A stretch of 62,416 nt of DNA, filler included, from Platydemus manokwari (GCA_037951405.1; 5 parts of 5 records of this genome joined end to end with filler, not necessarily neighbours in it); one strand, 5' to 3'. Shown: positions 1-11,392, counted from the first letter of the whole stretch. The notes: generated from the sequence alone by a model not told the origin. Made by a program: numbers and translations.

Positions 1-816
1 CAGAATTATATTGACTGCTAACTCTGTGTCTAAGGTAGAGTGTAAACTCTGTAAGGGAAAGAAAACCTTTGCTCTACCCTCTAATTCAAATATTATGCAG
101 ATCAAAAAACACTTTTCGTCCTTGCATAATTTGGTAGATCATACAGATTCCCGTGAGATCCCGTTTTCTAACCTGATTGAATATCCTACTATTATATCTG
201 ATGAGGAATACATAGATGATACTATCCTTTCTTCTGGTGAACTTGATATCTCCATGCTTACCAATGGTTCTAATCTGACTCATATCAATTTAGATTCTGA
301 CGAAGAAGAAGAAGAGTCTTCATTCAACTCACCTCCATCTATTGTCAACTCTCAGGATATCAACGTGAATATCATTGATTATAAACTCTTTGGAGTATCT
401 AGTGGTGTAGATTTGGATGAGTGTCCCATTATCTCATCCAACAATTGCATTGGGGAGGAACCTGAAGAGTATCGAATTATTTTGATTGCAAACTCTGTGT
501 CTAAGGTAGAATGTAAACTTTGTACGGGAAAGAAGAAAACCTTTGCTCGAATATTACGCAGATCAAAAAGCACTTTTCGTCCTTGCATAATTTGGGTGAT
601 GTCTCTAATGATAGAATTATTTGTTATTGTGGTTTTTCAAGTAACTTTCAGAACTTTAAGTCCAATTATATGGCACACTCTTCTGATAGGATCATTACAC
701 CATCTAACAATAGTCTTTTATCTGAGAATGTTCTCATTAACTTGCAAGTAGGAAATGATAACTTGGTCAGTGATTGACTAAGTGAGCCGGCAATTGAGGG
801 TTATGTTCGAACTCAA

Positions 817-1656
817 TTGTCGGGTAAGAGTGTAATTGTATTTATTCCTCCTTTACCTGCTCTTGCCATTGCCCGTTCTAATCCGAACGTTTTTTATGAA
901 TCTTTTCCGTTTCGAGAGATTTGCAATTCCAACATAATACTTTGGCTTATACACTGGAATGATAGTCATTGGCTCTGTTATATTCTTAATGTAATGGAGC
1001 AAAAGTCTTACTTTCTTGACCCCGCAAAACGCGAGCTGTCTTTTGATATGGTTTGTTTTTGGGAAAAATTGAATTGGTTAATGGAACACCTTATTGTTCC
1101 AAAACTGACTTTAAATATCTCAAAGTCTTATCTTGTCAATGTTCCTATTCAGCTTGCTCCTTTTGACTGTGGCCTCTTTGTCAAAAGGTATATGATCGAT
1201 TATGCTTTAGGTAAAGAATTGCAATCTTCCCATCCTGAACTCCGATCGGAAGTTAATGCTTGTGTAAAGAATCTCATTAATAGGAGACTTGCTCTTGAGA
1301 GGGATAGGCTTCTTGCTGATGGTCTACATCCTTTTTTAAAGGAAGCGTTAATCTGGTGTGATGATATTAACCCGGATTTGACCCGTATTTTGGATTGTGG
1401 TCGTAGAGCAGTCTCTGCTTTACATCCTACTAGATTTAAAGTCAATATTGTTTATCCGTCCGATCATATAAGAGAAAAGAAGGATAAATCTATCTTTGAA
1501 CTCCGTAAAGAGTATGAAATGATGCCTAAGAACGTGTTTAGGAGTATCATCCCGTCTTCCACTCCAACATCTTTCCCTACGGTTGAGGATATAACTAGGC
1601 ACTTTACTTATGCACCCCCTCCTGACTTACCTGATTTAGATCTTGAGTTTCCTTAA
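817..1656 (+). pseudogene. Ulp1/C48-like cysteine protease domain of the retrotransposon polyprotein
   Basis: IHWNDSHWLCY...YFLDP...PIQLAPFDCGLFV matches the His/Asp/Gln/Cys arrangement of Ulp1/SENP proteases, placed N-terminal to RT as in NeSL-clade elements. Confidence 0.8.
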
Positions 1657-1699
1657 TGTGAAGATAACTTCTCTTCTGCTTCATTACAGTAGAAGAGAT

Positions 1700-3070
1700 T
1701 GACTCTGCCTTTAAGAACGCTTCTGACTCTGCACCTGGTAACGATGGTTTGTTATATAAGGATTGGAAGGAGATTGACCCCAAATATGTATTTTTATATA
1801 AATATTATAATCTTATTATATCTTCGAGAAGGGTGCCCAATCAATGCCGTAAGTTTAAGACTAGTCTTATTCTGAAACCAATGAAGGATGGTTAGACTCA
1901 TCTGGTCTCTTCATGGCGTCCTATCGCCTTGATGGATACCTCTTATCGAATATTCACTACTATACTGAATAATCGTATGCTCAATTGGATTATAGCGGGA
2001 AATCTCATCTCCAAGAATCAAAAAGCACTTCTATCGCAAGATGGTTGTGCTGAACACAATGGTTACCTTTCATCAATTGGTGAATCTTGTCGAATGAAGA
2101 GAGCGAACTGTCATTTTCTTTGGCTTGACTTGAGGGAAGCTTTCCCGAGTATACCTCATGAATTGATTTGGGTAACTTTGAGTAAAATGGGTTGCTCTGT
2201 TAACACTATTGAATTACTTAAGAATTCGTATCTTGATGTTTCCACATACTATACCTGTGAATCGTTGACGACTCCAGAGGTTAAGTTGGTAAAGGGAGTT
2301 AAACAAGGTTGTCCTCTTTCTATGACATTGTTTTGTTTGTCGGTTGACTTTATTGTTAAATGTTGCGATAGGTTTCCGGATCCTGTCAGTTTGTCAGGTG
2401 TAGAATTTTCTAAGCTTGCCTATGCTGATAATCTTGTTGTTATTTCGGCAGATGCAGCAGGGTTGGCTGATAGGCTTAATAAGATAGTAGAATTGAGTGA
2501 CAAAGTTTTCCTTAAGTTTAACCCGAGTAAGTGTGGGTATTATAATAATAAGGTCGAGTTATTGGGTAATTTGTGTATATATGGTGAACCAGTTCCCATA
2601 GTCAATGAAGGCAATCAATATAAATATCTTGGAGTTCCATTGATTTAATTCTCTCTAAGGCTGTCTTGGACTTTGAGTTGGTGTGTGATTCTGATCTCCA
2701 TCCCTATCAGAAGTTGGATTGTTATAGGACTTTTTTACATTCTCGTTTACCTTTCCATCTTCGAAGTAGGGATGTTAGTGTCTTGTCATTGTCTTTCCCA
2801 CATAAGAGACAACCGATAGGGAAATTGCCGGACTATGGTTTTGATGAGAAGGTTAGGAAACTGGTGAAGAAAGTTGTGAGCGCTGACTTCTTTCAAGCTA
2901 CAAATAATGATTTCATCTACACTTCCCGAGATCTTGGTGGTTTAGGAATAATGTCTGCTGAGGTAGACTACTACATTCAGAGTTTTGTAGGTGCCTTTCG
3001 TTTCCTTGTAAGTTCTGACTCTGTCTTTGGTAATTTCATCAAGGATAGATTGGTTGGATTGGTTGAATAG
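1700..3070 (+). pseudogene. Non-LTR reverse transcriptase domain (disrupted)
   Basis: RT motifs from SAPGNDG to YKYLG plus the thumb GGLGI motif; catalytic YADD reads YADN; stops and frameshifts. Confidence 0.92.
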
Positions 3071-3758
3071 TGAGATTACTGATGCTCACCCGGGCCCAGG
3101 TTCCTGGTGAACCAAGGTCAGGGTTGGTATTCGTAATCTCAGAAATAGGAAGATAGATGTTAAGTTTGTGTTGATGGGATCTGACTTGTATGTTAAGATT
3201 GAATGTCTGGGTAAGAATTTTTTGCTAGGAAAGAAGGAGAAAGATAATATGTGTTCTGTTCTTCATGACTGTGTAGGAGTGGTGTGTTTCGATAGTTGGA
3301 AGGGTAAAAAATGCCAAGGAAGTCTTGTATCCACTGTAAGCTTGTCTCCGGTATCGTTCAAAGTTATGAATAGTATCTTGTTGAGTCCCCAAGTTTGGCA
3401 TTTTTTGGTTTTGGCTAGGAATAATCTTTTGCCTTTGAATTATCGTGCGTTCAGAGTTGTAAAAGGTAGAGATTTGAATTGCCGTCGTTGTGGTACTGCA
3501 GTGGAGTCGATGGCCCACGTTAATTTATTTATGTTTTGTTTTATATATCCCATATTTAGATTGTTTACGATTCTGCCGTTGGAGAGATGATTGTTAGCGA
3601 AGCTGTATTTGGAAAATTTGAGCATCAAGAGCAAACTAGTTGTTGATATATCTGCGTTTGACTTACACCAATTTTGACTACAAATAACCATTATCGATAG
3701 TTTTACGAGACAAAACCGAGATTTGTTTGATTTTTCCAATAAAGTTTACATTTATGAA

Positions 3759-3797
3759 CTGTTCTTCTCAATTTATTCTCTGGGACAAAGCTAATTG
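3759..3797 (+). ncRNA. U2 snRNA fragment (3' of branch-point recognition sequence, stem IIa region), at 3' junction of element 1
   Basis: CTGTTCTTCTCAATTTATTCTCTGGGACAAAGCTAATTG, 36/39 identical to the copy at 8804-8766, and similar to conserved U2 CTGTTCTTATCAGTTTAATATCTGATAC. Confidence 0.75.
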
Positions 3798-3844
3798 GTA
3801 ACCGTACTAGTCTTAGTGAGCTCTTTGTACTTTGTAATAGGTCG

Positions 3845-4735
3845 AAAACACTACTGGTTCTGTTCCTGTTCGATCCGCTATTAATATTGATCAAAAATCT
3901 ATAAACAATAGTAAATCTGGTAACCGTAGTAACTAAGTGAGCTCTTTGTACTTTGTAATAGTTGGTCGTGCTACTGTGGTATTTGTAAGATTAGTGTGGA
4001 GAAGTTAGTCAGCAAGTATCATCCTAATAACCAAGTTATTAGTGATTGTTGTAGCTTAGTGTATAGGAAATATAGGAGTAAGGTTAAATTGATGGCTAAC
4101 TGCCTCAATTACAAGTGTAAAGAATGCTTGGTGAAGTATTCTAAGGTGTTCTCCACACGGTTGAGTTGAAGGCGCGGGTTGCGAAGTCTGCTCCCTCCCA
4201 CAGTAGCCAGTATTGCTGTGAGTGTAGTGCAGATTCTATGCACTCTGACTTGTCTTTAGAGGAAAGGTAAGCGTATAATATGTTAGAGGCGAGAGCGTGC
4301 GGTTGTTTAATTTGCTTCGACTGGTTGGCTCTGTGTTGTAGGGCTATGTATGGTATAGAACTTAATGTTAACTCCTTTAAAAGATTTAATATTGATTTCA
4401 TTTTGAAGCACGTCTCTCTTGAAGGTGTTAAGTTCAGGGAGGAGAGTAGAAATACGATGGAGATTTGCGATGAGAGTAATTTTAGCAAGTTAAGATCTAT
4501 TTTTGTGCTCTTGTTCTGTGGTTGTAGGAGGTGTTGTTAGTCTGGTTGGGAGATCTCGTATAATCTTGAGGATGAGTATAGTAAAAATAGATTGATTGAC
4601 GAAGTTGCTGATAAATCACTAGATAAGTTATAGGAATCTATTATTAGCACTTATGATAATAGTTGTCACAACTCTATGATAATTATCAAATCTACTTATG
4701 AAAAAGCCATGGAATTTGGTAGTAAACTCATATAG
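3845..4735 (+). pseudogene. Disrupted Cys-rich ORF of unknown function (repeated CxCxxC motifs), longest copy
   Basis: Manual translation across two frameshifts and three stops: ...INIDQKSINN...WSCYCGICK...NYKCKECL...QYCCECSADS...ACGCLICFDW...LFCGCRRCC...; includes ORF 4280-4540. Confidence 0.6.
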
Positions 4736-5018
4736 TAAATTCATATACTGTCAACCCTGCATTAAAATCTAAAACACCTATAGTTAATGAAGGGGACTCA
4801 AAATCAATTTCAAATAAAAACAGTTTGATAAAAAAGCAGTGGTCGTATACATTTAATTAATGATAATACAATAAGAAAAGTATTATTAATAATAATCCAG
4901 ACCACCGTGCAAATCAACTGCGCCTATTTTACATGGTAAAGATAAACTTATAGGACAGCCCACTACAGTTAATGACAAGGAAAATGTTAATAAGGTTTTA
5001 ATTAAATCCTATAAAAAG

Positions 5019-5530
5019 TTGAGAGTTTGTAGTGGTCGATCTGTTAATAATAACCTGATTTTGAAACGAAAGCGAAGACACAATGCTCAATTGACCGGCC
5101 GGACAAATCTAATACAGACAGGAAGGTTTGGCGAAAAATCTCGTGTCACGGAGGAAGTGGGTTCTGTGGGAGGCCGTAATGGCCCTCACTCCAAGGATCT
5201 GCTGGTGCCAATCGATCAGAAGTCTTGCCAACAGACTCAAGTAACTCTCTCAAGTTCTCATAGAATAGGGAGAGCGAAAATAAATAATGGCAAAACCACC
5301 ACAGCCTCTGCGCCTTACGATGCATAGAATCTAATTAATATTGACCAAAATCATATTAACCATAGATTAAATAGTGGGCTTGTCAGTCTTATTAAGATTC
5401 TTGACCTTGTTTCCTTTTGGAGCTACTACTGCGGTAATTGTAGGACCAAGGCAACCTGTTACATTGCCGAGGATATCTTCCTCTTTATTCTAATAAATTT
5501 TAGAGATTTAAAAGAAACAGTTCTTCTAAG
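5019..5530 (+). pseudogene. N-terminal copy of the same Cys-rich ORF family
   Basis: ORF 5019-5327 continues past a stop into NLINIDQNHINHRL...LDLVSFWSYYCGNCRTK, which aligns with INIDQKSINN...NSWSCYCGICKIS at 3880-3990. 5222-5310 also matches 7185-7265. Confidence 0.55.
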
Positions 5531-5929
5531 CTAACAGTGCGGAAGTTCCCTCAGCGGACAAGGGGTTGATCGGCGGTCAATTGTTAAATTGAAAGCAAAG
5601 GCTAGTACGGATGTTAAATCTTCCGGAATTCCCGAGCAAACAGGGCCTGGTCCGACCATCAGCGCAGAAACGAAAACCATTTGGTTGGGTTGCATAAAGT
5701 TAATCAAAAAGTTCTGGATGTTTGGCGGGAACCATGAGTACTGAAACCCCTGATACCACCAGAAAGGGTTGAATATTCCGCAGAAAACTGCAAAATTTGG
5801 GAAAAATTGGACTTAGGAAATAATGGAACTAAAAATCTAACTACTACTACTGACAAAAAAATAGGTTAGACTAGGAGGCTTAATGGAAAATAGGACGAAT
5901 GAAACTGGATAGAAACTTTGAAATCAATA

Positions 5930-6300
5930 ACTAAGTGGGCCGGCAATTGAAGGGTATGTTCCCCTTAAGTTGTCCGGTAAGAGTAGGATAGTTTTCATAC
6001 CTCCACTGCCCGCTCTTGCTATTGCGCGCTTAAAAACTTTTTTATGATAACTTCCCGTTACGGAATATAGAACTTCAAACATATTCCTTTGGCATATCCA
6101 CTGGAAAAGGTTGCCAAGTTGGCATCCAACCACAGTAGCGAGTCGCTTGATTGCTGTGCAGATTTTGCAGAGAAAATACATAGTTTTGATGAAAGACATG
6201 TATATAACCTTTTAGAAGCTCGGTATGCTCGTTTAAGAAGCCAATATTGCTTTGAATGATGTGCAGATTCCCTGAACTCTAACTTCTCTTTAGTGGATAC
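5930..6300 (+). mobile_element. Chimeric fragment: diverged copy of the pre-Ulp1 region (5930-6105) fused to a Cys-rich ORF piece (6120-6300)
   Basis: 5931-6105 aligns with 778-958 (PAIEGYV...LSGKS...FIPPLPALAIAR); 6240-6298 aligns with 4206-4264 (SQYC.E..ADS). Confidence 0.7.
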
Positions 6301-7011
6301 AAATACACAATAGATACAAATAAACAATTACAAAAATTGCAAGAAGAAAAACTAGCTCTACAAGGTCCAATAAAATTTTAAAAAATGGCTAAACCAGTGG
6401 GTTGCATAAATTACCACCGAAGGCTGGAGACTCCAATCTCCTGGGGGAAAAAGAGGTATTTATTAATTAATTAATTTTTAATTTCGCGAAAAGCAATTTT
6501 AGAAAAGTCATTTTTAATAAAATGTTATTTGATTTTAAAAAAAATATACTAGTCAGCAATTTTAATTCACCAAAGGAAACCGAATTGGTAGAAAGTAAAA
6601 GTGACGGATTGAAAGCATCTACTAGTCACGAAGACGAAACTGAAATAATAGTTTTATCCAATGAAATAGATACAAATATACAATTACAAAAATTGCACGA
6701 AGAAAAACTCATAGGAATTCAAAATGTTTTATTGGAAAGTAAAGTCAAAAAGAGAATCTTGTTAGAAAATGTTCAAACGAATTCCATGAGAGAATGTATA
6801 ATTTCTATAAAGACCATTGGAAATAAATCTCTTCAACTTTAGAGATAATTTTAAAAATGATGAATATATTGGAAATTAATCTCATAAATTACAAAGCCAG
6901 CTACATCAAATCGATATTGAGATGCACAAAGTTAGGCCATCAACATTGTACAATTCTAAGCTTTTCGGTTATTTTTAATTTTACACACAAAAACTTTAAA
7001 TATGTTAAGGA

Positions 7012-7380
7012 GGAGATAACCTGAACAAGCTTTGATCTGTCCTGATATATTTGTTGTGCAATTGCGAAGATTGCTGCAAATATGGTTTGGAGATGATTAT
7101 CTCATTTGAGTTTATTACTGATAAAGATAGTGACCAAATAGTTGACGCTGTTATTGAGAGTTTATTGGTATTCTTAAAAAAGGATGTCTTGCCAACAGAC
7201 TCAAGTATTTTCAAGTTTTGATGGAATAGGAAGAGTGAATATAAACAATGGCAGAACCACTATAGACTATAGACCAATTTGGTGATAATTAACTCAATCT
7301 TGAAAAACAATAGTTAAATTAGTGGACATGTCAATCATAGTGCAATATTAGATCTTGTCTCCTTCTGGAAGTGCTACATC
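7012..7380 (+). pseudogene. Two further fragments of the Cys-rich ORF
   Basis: DNLNKL*SVLIYLLCNCEDCCKYGLE aligns with SNFSKLRSIFVLLFCGCRRCC*SGWE; 7185-7380 aligns with 5222-5430. Confidence 0.55.
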
Positions 7381-8754
7381 CACATAACTAACAGGTTAAA
7401 TCTTATTTATATATAGGTCTATAAAATGTAGTAGGAAGATTTCGATATTGGATTTTCTTTGCGTTAAGTATTTGTTTAAATATAAGGATAATTTCTCTGC
7501 CAGGGTTGATAGAGTTAAATTGCTGGAAAATACCAATAAAAACCATAATGATAATTTAATTTATATTTCTAGTTTCTAATTTTATAATTACTCTCATAGT
7601 AATTTAAATGAAAATATAAATTTTTACTAATCTAAATTGTAGTCACTAACAGCTATATCGAATACCGAATATTTGCCATGATAATTAACATATTAAATGT
7701 TAATGCTAAAATAATTTGATTAAAGAATTCATACGAAAAAGTGATAATTTCGGTAAACATAATATCAATGAATCTTATAAAAAATTTCAATATAAAGGGA
7801 ATAAAATATTAATGCGAAGATTCGCAAAAAAAATTTTAACTCAATAGTTATCAACTATTATAATAGACCTCTCTAAGGAATAATTTTATAAAACATAATA
7901 ATAGCTTGAATATTTTTCATACCATGATGAGTGATATTGTATTGATTGAGCAACTAAATATCAAAAAAACTTATGGAATGGAACAACTTCCTAAAACTGG
8001 AACTATTTTAATCTTTGCTGTACATCAAAATCAAAACAAAAGATAAATTTCAGCTAGGCTAAAATGATGAGAGCTTGTAACTTCGAAACAACCTACAACA
8101 TAGTTCTACTTACTCAATTCTCTCAACACAAACATAAAATCGTCAAAATTCTAAAATTTTAAATGGCTAAAATGAAGACAATATTATGCCAATGATGATC
8201 GATAACCTGTAGACAAAGATGTCTGAGTAGTTTTAAGAGCTTTATTGGAATGAATGCAAATTAAACAAAGAGATTTTAACAGTATTTGCAGGAACACATA
8301 CTGGAACTTTTTGTCATCAGCGAATACAAATATCCACAATAGAGAAATATCTATTTACCAATATCTTACAAATCATCTAAGAATGATAGGGAGTTTCAGT
8401 GCATATGATTTGTATTAATACGTAATTTGACTTTGTCATATAATATAATTTAAATGCAATAGCCGAAAATAACAATGTATCATTATGTCATCATTATAAT
8501 TATATTACACGAAGTGTGATAATGATTTACATATTGATGTCAGAAATTCTCCTCTTAGAACCCTGTTTGTTGATATATTGGATTTTTACCACAACTTTGC
8601 TAATAAGGCGATAATAATAGAAAAAACAATGACTATGGAATTATCAATAATAATATGTATAATACATAAAATTTTTTAACAAATATATAGGTATCTTGTT
8701 AGGTTTGTTTTTATTTTTGCTTTATCGATTTATTATTTATTAATGTAGGCTCAT

Positions 8755-8804
8755 ATATTTCAGCTCAATAAGCTTTGTCCCAGAGATTAAACTGAGAAGA
8801 ACAG
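8755..8804 (-). ncRNA. U2 snRNA fragment (stem IIa plus putative IIb) at 3' junction of element 2
   Basis: Minus strand CTGTTCTTCTCAGTTTAATCTCTGGGACAAAGCTTATTGAGCTG: 24/28 match to vertebrate U2 as recalled. Stem IIa is kept (A-U to C-G, U-A to U-G). No Sm site follows. Confidence 0.8.
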
Positions 8805-10006
8805 TACATGGTTACAAGATTTATTACAAAACAAAATTTTCTCGTTTTTCACTCAAAGTCAAAATCTCGAATAAAAGTTGTAGTATAAAATTTTTAGAAT
8901 TCTGTCAGATTTTCAAACAAGTCCGAGCTCATCTGATCCAAGTATAAAGCACATCTAGGTCTTCAGAATCTCATCCCGCAGAGTAAAATATCTAAATATA
9001 GGAATATATATAACAAGACAAAAGTTAAACCTTCCCGAATTGGCCGATTTTCTGTGATCTAAAACAAATATATAAAGCATTTAACCTATATCCTATATAA
9101 GATTTTTTACAGGTGGTCGACTCCACCACGAGAATTGATCTTTGTAACCAAGATAGACGCTTGCCAAGCCACACAACACATAACCATAAAAAATAAAAAG
9201 GTGGAGAAGACTATACTGTCTCTCAATAAAAAACTATATAAACAATAATGAATAAAAAGGTAGAGAGGCGGAAGACCCTCTCGATAACAACCTTATAAGC
9301 AAACAAACACATAAATAAATAAACAAGTAGATAATAACCATATATACATGTAGAAAGTAGTCTATTTTTTGGTCTTATCGTCTCTATTGTGTCAGATTAT
9401 TAAACATACTATTGTGGTTAATTGGGGGCCTAAGTTCCTCGGCCATGTGTGTTCTATAAAGTTTATAACTCTCTTTAATTGAAGAACTGATAAGTAAAGA
9501 AGCCAAGTCAGATATCTCCTTATTATCAAGACCTATTCGTTTAAAGACACTATCATTTTGAGGACCCCAAGATCCCAAACAACCGACATTTATAGTATGG
9601 ACACTAACAGAATGTTTCGATTGCCAGGCAATCGAGACAGCCAATTCGTCATACTTTCTATGATTACTCTCCAAGTTTTTCTTGAAGTTCTCAATGGAGT
9701 CAAACGGAACCTTCAAGTCAACAAGGAAAGTATGCTTAATCTTATTCGCTTTATTCCTAATTATCAAACAGGTCTCAACAATGTTTTCATTTCAGTTGGC
9801 GGACAGTCAGTGTCTACATTGTAACCTAACGAGATAAGTCTTTTCGAAAGAACTTCCAATACTCCATTATGCTTATTCGTTGCACCATACGGGTTGCCAA
9901 CGCAATGATTAAGAACGTGTGCCATAGATTCAACCGACACACCACATCTCCTACAGTTCAATTCCCTACCCTTAACAACACGGAATGCCCTATAATTGAG
10001 TGGAAG
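8805..10006 (-). mobile_element. 3' part of a second NeSL/Utopia-like element: CCHC finger, restriction-like endonuclease, 3' UTR
   Basis: CRRCGVSVESMAHVLNHC...NKHNGVL...LRP(D)LII...LVDLKVPFD...RKY...VGCLGSW (PD..D.K RLE, frameshifted at RPD). Stop at 9384; AATAAA at 8825-8820; cut by the assembly gap. Confidence 0.9.
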
Positions 10007-10106
10007 NNNNNNNNNNNNNNNNNNNNNNNNNNNNNNNNNNNNNNNNNNNNTTAATTAATTAANNNNNNNNNNNNNNNNNNNNNNNNNNNNNNNNNNNNNN
10101 NNNNNN
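10007..10106. other. Assembly gap with TTAATTAATTAA linker
   Basis: 44 N + TTAATTAATTAA + 44 N, identical at four positions. Confidence 0.97.
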
Positions 10107-11392
10107 TTTCAGGAAAAAAAATCCAGTATTTAAGTATAGAAAGAGTGGGTCGCTAATGAGGTATCATAAATTTGGAAATATAACTAGATCAAGTATAAGA
10201 ATATGTTTGTTAATAAGAAGCAAATGGCCCCGATTAAATTGATTTGTCTATACAAATTACCTTTTTTAAAACCCTTGAATTTTTCAATGCAGCTTTTTCC
10301 AGGAACCTGCCTATGTTGTTATCTAGGACACATAATTATGTTTCTATAAATATATTTAAGCATGATCCTTTTCAATAATAATAATTTTTATAGTTCAAAA
10401 TAATGTTTTATAAGACGATAATAAATTATATATGTTTTAAAATTTATTAGCTCAGAATTATCAATCAGTTTTGCAATCTTTCTCCCCTATTCCCATGTGA
10501 AAATCACATTATTCATTTCATCCAATTAAAGCAAAATACAAAGAAAATATCTTTGCCATACTTAACTTATAATTGAAAACCTATTTGAAAATTAAAATCA
10601 CGAAATTTTGATGAGAAAAGTTGCAATATATATATATGATTGGAAACCGTTTTCAGATTCATATTTAAATTGCTTTGTTTTCTGTCATAATTAAACGAAT
10701 GACAATGTATATTGTTATTATTCTACGAAGAAATTTCAGTTATTTGATCATTCAAAGCACACGCACAAATTGTATGCGTATTTGTTGAACTGGTAACATA
10801 GTAAATTGAAAATCTTCTGCTTTATTACGCATCACCAAGATCCATAGATGCATTTCATTAAAAGACCAAACCAAAAACCAATTAAATTGCCTATTAATTT
10901 CACTAATTATGAATACAATTTATTTATGTTCCATAGAATTGAAATTATAACGCTGCGCATTGATTTATCACCCTAATCTACTTCTTTTCTGTTGTCCTAT
11001 TTTATTTAACTTGTCAGTATGTAAACAAATTTAAGCATATTTGCAGCACAGCTGATGAACAATGGATTTTTTTGGATTTGTTATTATTTTGACACACATG
11101 CACAAGCAAATAAAATGAAATTTTCAATGAAGCATCAAGTTCTTACTGAGTTGCTTTTGGTCGATTTGTTTGTATCTACTGAAAATATGTGTGTGTGCGC
11201 GTTTGTCAACTGTGTGTTTTAAAAGATGTGTGAGTTACTATTTTTAGATTTCGTAAACTATGAAAAATTAAAATCATCAAAATTGTATTGCTTTGAAAAC
11301 GTAAAGAATAATAATTTCGTTCAAATCCACTTCTTAATGTTTATATCTGTAGAATTTTGGAATTATCAATTACAAATTAATTGATTACCAGA

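Larger units (their letters stand above)
2..3758 (+). mobile_element. Degenerate R2-superfamily non-LTR retrotransposon (NeSL/Utopia-like): zinc fingers, Ulp1-like protease, RT, truncated CCHC; RLE deleted; 5' end outside window
   Basis: Stitched ORFs show duplicated C-x2-C...H-x4-H fingers (CKLC...KKHFSSLH at ~40-128 and ~510-590) and protease motifs SHW/FLDP/QLAPFDCG. RT motifs: SAPGNDG, WRPIAL, WLDLREAFPSIPH, KGVKQGCPLS, YADN (mutated YADD), FNPSKC, YKYLG, GGLGI. CRRCGTAVESMAHV breaks at ~3520 into the 3' UTR; AATAAA at 3738-3743. Multiple stops and frameshifts. Confidence 0.92.

Noticed and set aside
1-7400. Alternative genetic code or read-through to explain in-frame stops
   Set aside because: All three stop types plus frameshifts occur, and host exons are clean in the standard code: ordinary decay.
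7900-8620. Possible hAT transposase remnant
   Set aside because: Only vague motif traces and no TIRs identified.
9085-9110. Minus-strand AAATCTTATATAG resembling a flatworm spliced-leader end
   Set aside because: Short AT-rich match with no rest of the SL exon, donor or Sm site.
10051-10062. Palindromic TTAATTAATTAA recurring four times
   Set aside because: Always centred in 44+44 Ns: an artificial six-frame-stop scaffold linker. Adjacency across these gaps is unproven.
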